DNA of 64,000 nucleotides from Pyrodictiaceae archaeon (GTDB lineage Archaea; Thermoproteota; Thermoprotei_A; Sulfolobales; Pyrodictiaceae): NCBI GenBank assembly GCA_027036135.1, contig JALVSY010000007.1, positions 516,880 to 580,879 of the forward strand, read 5' to 3'. Shown piece by piece: positions 58,254 to 64,000 of this stretch (position 1 is its first letter; each line of letters starts with the position of its first letter). The notes under the pieces were generated by a model. It saw only the letters and a program-made list of their open reading frames with translations, ran no database searches and was not told where the DNA came from. The position numbers and the translations under genes were made by a program.

Positions 58254-60242
58254 TTGGCTGAGTCCGCGAGACCTATACCCCTCCTTATACCCCTAGAGGC
58301 CCGTGCGATCGGGGCCCGTGTACCCCGTACAGGGGCTAGGTGGCAGGGAGGGCTCCTAGTAGAGGTTGAGAAGCGCCGAGTACTCCTACTCATGCCCGGT
58401 AGTATTGCTAGGTGGATTCAGCGAGGCGAGCGCCTCAAGCTAGTCTTCCGGGAGGAGCCGGAGCGGGTCGATGGAGGAGTCTATGTTGCTCCAAGGGATA
58501 CCTATGAGCTGTGGCGTTTCTGGCCCGGGGAGAACGGTGTAGAGGAGGTAAAGGTCTGGCCCCCGTGGAGAAGGGAGGCTAGGCTTAGCAGGGAGAGCAT
58601 TGTCGGCGAGAAGGTGTACGAGTACCACGTCGTGGCGCGGGAGGCGGTGACCGAGGACGATTACAAGGAGATCGTGGGCCTAGAGCAATATCACTATGCC
58701 AGCAAGGAGGAGATAGTAGCTATTTGGCGATGCCCTGTCTGCGGCGCCTACGCGGAGTCCAATATACAGCCCATCTGCCCCAGGGACAAGGTGCCGATGA
58801 AGCTCCAGGAGATACGCGGGAGCCTCCCCTCGAGCAGGTTCCTCGTACTAGAGCTAGTCACTAGGGAGCCCTATGAGCCGAGAATAGTGGCCTACGTTAG
58901 GGTCGATACACCGATACCATTGATGCATCGCAGGATAAGGCTCCCGAGCGGCGAGGAACGAGTCGAGAGAATGATAAGGGAGAAGGTGTTCCCCCGGGAC
59001 TGGTTCCACCCAACCTTCTGGCCACTAGCCTTCTCGAGGAGAGCGGAGATCCGTAAAAGGTTCCGCGAGCTAGCAGACCTTTACGGCTCCAAGAGAATAG
59101 CTAGGGCAGCGGTGGGCGAGGAGATAGCTGACGAGGCCCTCCGCTACGCCAACACAGCGGCGGCACGCATAGCAAGGGTCGTGGTGCACCCCGACTACCG
59201 GGGCGACGGCCTGGGAGTCCTCGCCGTAAAGATGGCTGTTGAGTGGATAGCCGAGCGCAGAATACCCGAGATGAAGAAGAGGAAACACGTTGTCGAGACT
59301 ATTGCCCAGATGGCTCGCTATAACCCGTTCTTCGAGAAAGCAGGCTTCTACTACATGTGGGACACTGCTAGTGGTAGACCCGTCCTCATGTACTCCTTGA
59401 CCCAGGAGGCCCGGGAGAGAATCGAGAAGTTCCTACGCGAAGACCCCTACGCGAGGCTCCACGGAGGCCGCTTGTTTAGGCCGAGGTACCGTGTAGAAGA
59501 GAAGCTGAACGGCTCCATAGAGCTGGTAAAGGTTACTAAGATCTATAGGAGCGAGCTAGACGTCTCTAGGCTCCCACCAGAGCTACAGGACGTGCTGAGA
59601 GCCTTTGGCGCAGAGAGGAGGCTTGTTGAGAGATACGTGCTACGAGACGTCTCGCTCAGCATAGAGCCAGGCGAGGTAGTAGCCGTGGTCGGTGCGAGCG
59701 GGGCTGGGAAGACAACCTTCCTCAGAATGATAATAGGCGCAGCCCTAGGCCTAGGCGACGAGAAGTATAAGCCGAGTAGCGGAGAGGTAAGGGTACCAAG
59801 CAACGCGAGGCTAGCCGCTCTCCTACCCGGCGAGATGGAGCCAGTGTTCCGGGACGAGACCCTCCTAGAACACGTAGCCAAGAAGCTGGGAGACGCCGCG
59901 GCGGCAGTAGAGGTGTTGTCAGCAGTGGGGCTGAGCGATGCGATATTCTATCGCGCTAGGTTCGATGAGTTATCCACGGGGCAGAAGGAGAGAGCAAAGC
60001 TAGCAAGCCTCCTAGCCGAGAAGCCAAACCTGCTAGTAATCGATGAGTTCACCGCCCACCTGGACAGGCTAACTGCTCAGCGGGTGGCGAGGAAGCTCGG
60101 GACGCTCGCCCGGAGAAACGGTATAACACTGATAGTCTCGACGAATAGGCCGGAGATACTGAGGGCATTAGCACCTGACAAGACTGTATTAGTGGGCTAT
60201 GGCACAGCCACGGTGATAGAGACCCGGGAGAAGAACAAGTAA
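58254..60242 (+). CDS. Zn-ribbon/GNAT acetyltransferase fused to an ABC ATPase (COG2401-like)
   Basis: LEQYHY, CPVC, RVVVHPDYRGDGLG, NPFFEKAGF, GASGAGKT, LSTGQ, IDEF. Confidence 0.85.
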   Translation: MAESARPIPLLIPLEARAIGARVPRTGARWQGGLLVEVEKRRVLLLMPGSIARWIQRGERLKLVFREEPERVDGGVYVAPRDTYELWRFWPGENGVEEVKVWPPWRREARLSRESIVGEKVYEYHVVAREAVTEDDYKEIVGLEQYHYASKEEIVAIWRCPVCGAYAESNIQPICPRDKVPMKLQEIRGSLPSSRFLVLELVTREPYEPRIVAYVRVDTPIPLMHRRIRLPSGEERVERMIREKVFPRDWFHPTFWPLAFSRRAEIRKRFRELADLYGSKRIARAAVGEEIADEALRYANTAAARIARVVVHPDYRGDGLGVLAVKMAVEWIAERRIPEMKKRKHVVETIAQMARYNPFFEKAGFYYMWDTASGRPVLMYSLTQEARERIEKFLREDPYARLHGGRLFRPRYRVEEKLNGSIELVKVTKIYRSELDVSRLPPELQDVLRAFGAERRLVERYVLRDVSLSIEPGEVVAVVGASGAGKTTFLRMIIGAALGLGDEKYKPSSGEVRVPSNARLAALLPGEMEPVFRDETLLEHVAKKLGDAAAAVEVLSAVGLSDAIFYRARFDELSTGQKERAKLASLLAEKPNLLVIDEFTAHLDRLTAQRVARKLGTLARRNGITLIVSTNRPEILRALAPDKTVLVGYGTATVIETREKNK

Positions 60243-60262
60243 CGGGGAGGGAGCAAAGGAGG

Positions 60263-61489
60263 ATGCCTCTCAAACGAGTAGTGTTCCTAATGGGTATCTC
60301 GGGGCTCGACCTAGGCAAGGTACTTGAGCTAGCCCAGGGCCTCGGGGCAGCGACTGCGAAGTACGAGGACTTTGTAGAGGAGGAGTTCAAGGCCCCGATA
60401 TATCATGTCTCGGAGCTACTTCTGGTAAGGTATAGTGGTGTGAGGGATCGGTTCGACAAGGCCTTCGACAAGATGATGGAGTACCTGGAGGCAAGCGGCA
60501 AAGAGGCGGCTGTGGTCGCGGCGCATGCAGCCTATTATCGTAGGAACAACGTTGTCGCGAGCCCGGTCGTGGCAAGGATAGCTATGCTAGCGAGCAGGGG
60601 CCTAGAGGTCTCAGTAATAGACTACGTAGACGACTACTACCACGTATTGTACCGTGTCGCGAAGAGAATAGAGCGCGGCGAGACCCCGGGCGTGGCAGGC
60701 TTCCAGGTCCTGGACCCACTAGGCCTACTCTACTGGAGAAGCACCCATCACAGCATAGCACAGGTACTAACCCTCTTCGGGGCACGCCTCTACCTATACG
60801 CCTCCAAGCACAGCCAGGAGAGCCACCGCCGCCTCCTAGCAATGCTAATAGGCCAGGAATCAGAGACAGGGCCGTACCGCACCGCCTACATATCCCACCC
60901 AATAACCCTTGTGCGCAAGAAGGCGGAGGAGCAGGGAGAGCCACTAGACCGGTTTCCCGACGCGCTCGAGATAGAGGAGTTCAAGAAGAGCCTCGAGAAA
61001 GAGTGCCCAAGCCTAGTACTCTTCTCCCCCACGACCATAGACGAGCTAATAACGAGACCAGGCACAGAGGAGCTAGAAACCAGGATAACCAGGGAGAACC
61101 GCTGGCCCCACGAAGAAAACGGGCTACACGACTACCCCTACCCCGTGGACCTAGGCAGCGAGTTCTTCGACAAATACCTCTACCCGGTGAAGCAGACAAC
61201 GAAGAACCCAGGCTACCTAGCCCAGCTAAGAAGCAGCATAGAAGCAAGCATAGAGAGAAGAGACCTCGGATACGTATCCCAAGCAGACATGATAATAGCC
61301 TACCGCCCAACAATGTACCTAGCAACACACATGGGAGTAGAAACAGAGATCAAAACAGCAATAGCAATGGGCAAACCCGTCTACAGCGTCATGCCACCAG
61401 AGGAGAGAAGCACAGCCTACAAGCTCTTCCGCTTCGAATACCCACTCTACAGCACACAAGAGCTACTAAACATACTAAAATGCAAATAA
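60263..61489 (+). CDS. NMP-kinase-like N-domain fused to a nucleoside 2-deoxyribosyltransferase-like C-domain
   Basis: Degenerate P-loop GISGLD; YISHP, RD..VSQAD, GVETE..A..GKPV pattern. Confidence 0.55.
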   Translation: MPLKRVVFLMGISGLDLGKVLELAQGLGAATAKYEDFVEEEFKAPIYHVSELLLVRYSGVRDRFDKAFDKMMEYLEASGKEAAVVAAHAAYYRRNNVVASPVVARIAMLASRGLEVSVIDYVDDYYHVLYRVAKRIERGETPGVAGFQVLDPLGLLYWRSTHHSIAQVLTLFGARLYLYASKHSQESHRRLLAMLIGQESETGPYRTAYISHPITLVRKKAEEQGEPLDRFPDALEIEEFKKSLEKECPSLVLFSPTTIDELITRPGTEELETRITRENRWPHEENGLHDYPYPVDLGSEFFDKYLYPVKQTTKNPGYLAQLRSSIEASIERRDLGYVSQADMIIAYRPTMYLATHMGVETEIKTAIAMGKPVYSVMPPEERSTAYKLFRFEYPLYSTQELLNILKCK

Positions 61490-61563
61490 ACCCGCATCAA
61501 CACCGCCGAGAAACTAATCACTCACACCCTCTGCCCAGAGAACCCTTTTCCCGGATCCAACGC

Positions 61564-62175
61564 CTAACCAATACTTTCTAAAACCTGCCCCACCCTAACT
61601 ATATTGTCCACGAGCTCGTCACTGAGACCCCTAAACTTCTCCTTACCCTGTATAACCGCCTGTATCTCCTCATGCATCTTGGTAAATACCTCCCCAAGAC
61701 CCTGGAGCACCTCGCCGCTCGGCAGATCCTTGCAACTAAAATTCCCATAACCAATCATGCTGAAATAATACCTCTGGGAAACACGCATAAGATAATCACT
61801 TATCTCGTCGAGAGCAAGTAGTAGGCTCGTTGGCATCTGGTGCCCAGAAGCCTCATAGGCAATGACAAGGCTATCCTCCAAGTGCCTTACATGAATAGAA
61901 TAGATGTAGGGAACATAGTAGCTAAACATAGCCTTACCAGGCTCGGTACGCCTAAGAAGCATGGGACTACAATGATACTGCTCCAGATCAGCCCTAATCA
62001 AGCGAAGAGTATCAGGAAGGTCCCGTAGATATACAAGCTCCCCATCAGCGCTCAGAAGAGCTAAGCGAGATACCCTACCCGAGCGCTCATTACACTTATA
62101 ATAAACAACACCAAGCCCTATAGACAGGGCAACAATAACCAATAAGAACACAAGCACTAAGCGCCTAGAAGTCAA
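61564..62175 (-). CDS. membrane-anchored hypothetical protein
   Basis: N-terminal basic residues plus a TM helix, 203 aa. Confidence 0.65.
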   Translation of the reverse strand: MTSRRLVLVFLLVIVALSIGLGVVYYKCNERSGRVSRLALLSADGELVYLRDLPDTLRLIRADLEQYHCSPMLLRRTEPGKAMFSYYVPYIYSIHVRHLEDSLVIAYEASGHQMPTSLLLALDEISDYLMRVSQRYYFSMIGYGNFSCKDLPSGEVLQGLGEVFTKMHEEIQAVIQGKEKFRGLSDELVDNIVRVGQVLESIG

Positions 62176-62367
62176 GGTGACAAGAACACCCCCTCATTAT
62201 ACAAAGAGCGCAGGGCTCAAATCAAATAGAATACCACGTAGCCCTAAATAGAGTAGAACACCGTTATAACAACTATCCCCGTTACAAGCCCGTACAGCGT
62301 ATCCTCCTTACCCTAGACAAGACCACATAACAAACCTTCACAAAAACACAACACATCACAGAACTGT

Positions 62368-62756
62368 CTAACAATTCTCTATCGAGTTAAGCGACAAGCC
62401 TAGGACACTGCACTTCAGGGTAAGCGGCATCAATGACCTTACAATTCTCTATTGAGTATTTGCGGGAGGAGCGGGGCCCGAGACCCGGCGCCCCGGCCCC
62501 GCCCGACTTTCAGTTCTTACAATTCTCTTTTGAGTTAAGCCAAGTGTTTTTCAAGTTCCTTGTTAATCCGAGGCATGCAGAAAGCGACCTAACTTACAAT
62601 TCTCTTTTGAGTTAAGCTCATCATACCCTACCGCTACGCGACAATATGGGCCAAGGAAGCCACTTACAATTCTCTTTTGAGTATTGCTAGGATTAGCACG
62701 TATACCAAAGAATCTCTCAACTATATTAGCTCTTACAATTCTCTTTTGAGTATTGC
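62368..62756 (-). CRISPR. CRISPR array, 6 repeats (25-26 bp) and 5 spacers (44-52 bp)
   Basis: CTTACAATTCTCTTTTGAGT(TAAGC/ATTGC) starting at 62368, 62438, 62516, 62593, 62663, 62732; the minus strand ends AATTGTAAG; the most degenerate repeats are at the left (trailer) end. Confidence 0.93.
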
Positions 62757-63018
62757 TGGTATGGTTTCCTTTTGGATCCGAATAGTAACTGGTTTGAGGC
62801 AATTATTTATGCTTGCCGGAACAACTCTAATTCCTATACAATAAGTGCTCCGAGGCCCTGGGGGCTGTTCCCATGGATTCGCATGGATTCGAATCGTTGT
62901 TCCCAAGAACAAATTCAACTCCACCCACGATGTGTTCCCAAGGGAACCGAAAGAGGAGTTTAAAGAGCAAGAGGATTAGGGCAAACAAGTAATCGGAGAG
63001 AAAGGCGAAGGTTTTTTG
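62757..63018 (-). promoter_or_regulatory. putative CRISPR leader
   Basis: Non-coding stretch next to the conserved end of the array; TTTAAA at 62960-62965; three TGTTCCCA motifs. Confidence 0.6.
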
Positions 63019-64000
63019 CTATGTTTGTGCTGTTTGTCTCTCTTTGTTTGCTTGTGGCGGGGTTGGTGCAGGGGGTGTTGGTTGTGGTGTGTAGGGCGGG
63101 TATTGTGGGTATGGTGGTGGGTACGAGGGGTATTGTGTCTGTGGTTGTTGTGTTGTTTGTGGATATTGTGGTGGTGCTTGGTGTATTGGCTGGGTGTTTT
63201 GCTGGGGGGTTGGCTGTATTGGTTGCTGTGCTGGGTACGGGTTGTAGGTTGGTGCTGGGTAGGGGTATAGTGGCGGGGTTGGCGCAGGGTACATGGGGTA
63301 CTGTGGCTGCTGCGCGGGGGCTGCGAAGGCTCTCTGGTAGGCGGTTCTTATGTCCTCGTCTAGTAGGTGGAGGTAGATCTGTGTTACTTTGATGTCGTGG
63401 TGGCCTAGTAGGCGCTGGACTGCTGGTAGAGGGATGCCGCGTCTCAATGCCTCGGTTGCGAAGGTGTGTCTTAGTACGTGTGGTCTTACTTTTCGTGGGT
63501 CTATTCCTGCTCTCTTGGCTAGTGTCTTGAGGCGCTTGTAGAGCGCGCTGTAGCTTATCCCAAGCAGGTTGTCGTCTGGGCCTAGGCCGGGGTTCCTTGC
63601 TAGCCATGCCTCGAGGGCTTGCTGGGTAAGTGCTCCGTAGTAAACGGTTCTCTCCTCGCCGTACTTCGCGTTCCTTACCCTTATCTCGCGCCTGGCCGGG
63701 TCTATGTCTCGTAGCCGTAGCGAGACCGCCTCCTGTGCTCGTAGCCCCGTCTCGAACAATAGGGCAACTATTAGGAGGTCTAGGGGGTCCCTTGCAGCTG
63801 CTACTAGGCGCTCTACCTCCTCTGGGCGAAGAGCCTCCACTCTCGTGTTTCTGGGCTTCTTTACAACGGGTACCCGGACTCCTAGGCCTAGCCACTCGAA
63901 GAACCCGCGGAGGAATAGTGTGTAGTAGTGCATTGTTACTTGTCGCTCCCTCCTCTCCTCGAAGAAGTCCCTCTTCTTCGTCCTCGGTCTCTTTACCCCG
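63019..64000 (-). CDS. xerA: XerA/XerC-type tyrosine recombinase with a Pro/Gln/Tyr-rich tail (5' end outside the window)
   Basis: ETGLR, K, HVLRH, LGH, TQIY catalytic residues; the frame stays open from 63933 to the window edge. Confidence 0.85.
   Translation of the reverse strand, partial: GVKRPRTKKRDFFEERRERQVTMHYYTLFLRGFFEWLGLGVRVPVVKKPRNTRVEALRPEEVERLVAAARDPLDLLIVALLFETGLRAQEAVSLRLRDIDPARREIRVRNAKYGEERTVYYGALTQQALEAWLARNPGLGPDDNLLGISYSALYKRLKTLAKRAGIDPRKVRPHVLRHTFATEALRRGIPLPAVQRLLGHHDIKVTQIYLHLLDEDIRTAYQRAFAAPAQQPQYPMYPAPTPPLYPYPAPTYNPYPAQQPIQPTPQQNTQPIHQAPPQYPQTTQQPQTQYPSYPPPYPQYPPYTPQPTPPAPTPPQANKERQTAQT

Noticed and set aside
61003-61581. 192-aa alternative-frame ORF, and similar ORFs at 62960-63895 and 63016-63392
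   Set aside because: They overlap well-supported genes and arise from strand skew that depletes stop codons
62433-62963. Small ORFs across the CRISPR array and leader
   Set aside because: Translations of repeats, spacers and leader
63019-64000. Provirus integrase carrying a mini-CRISPR
   Set aside because: No att site or viral genes visible and the gene is cut by the window edge; a chromosomal XerA is equally consistent

Overview
Gene-dense window from what looks like a hyperthermophilic crenarchaeon (Desulfurococcales/Pyrodictiaceae-like, inferred from Nep1, HerA/NurA, PaREP1, a Tk-subtilisin-like protease, GGTGA-type RBSs and crenarchaeal-type CRISPR repeats). The left third, up to tRNA-Ser(GGA) at 21116-21202, is accessory-like: an rmlABDC operon, three paralogous coiled-coil genes, several intact or decayed vapBC loci, a sat/cysC sulfate-activation cluster and an AT-rich Ni/Co transporter. 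The middle and right carry mostly metabolic genes (NitT/TauT ABC, ubiD/ubiA, a Re-citrate-synthase-like operon, nadACX, fprA, herA/nurA), a box C/D sRNA candidate, a 6-repeat CRISPR array with no cas genes in the window, and a Xer-type recombinase. The best candidate for a new system is an AT-rich four-gene island at 40575-42961 that looks like an archaeal RiPP locus. It encodes an EpeE/YydG-like radical SAM epimerase, an 86-aa precursor whose hydrophobic core has D/N/N/N/H at an exact 6-residue period (polytheonamide-like beta-helix pattern), a membrane PH-domain protein, and a Tat-signal gene knocked out of frame by an (AT)7 microsatellite. All family calls come from reading motifs by eye; no database searches were run.
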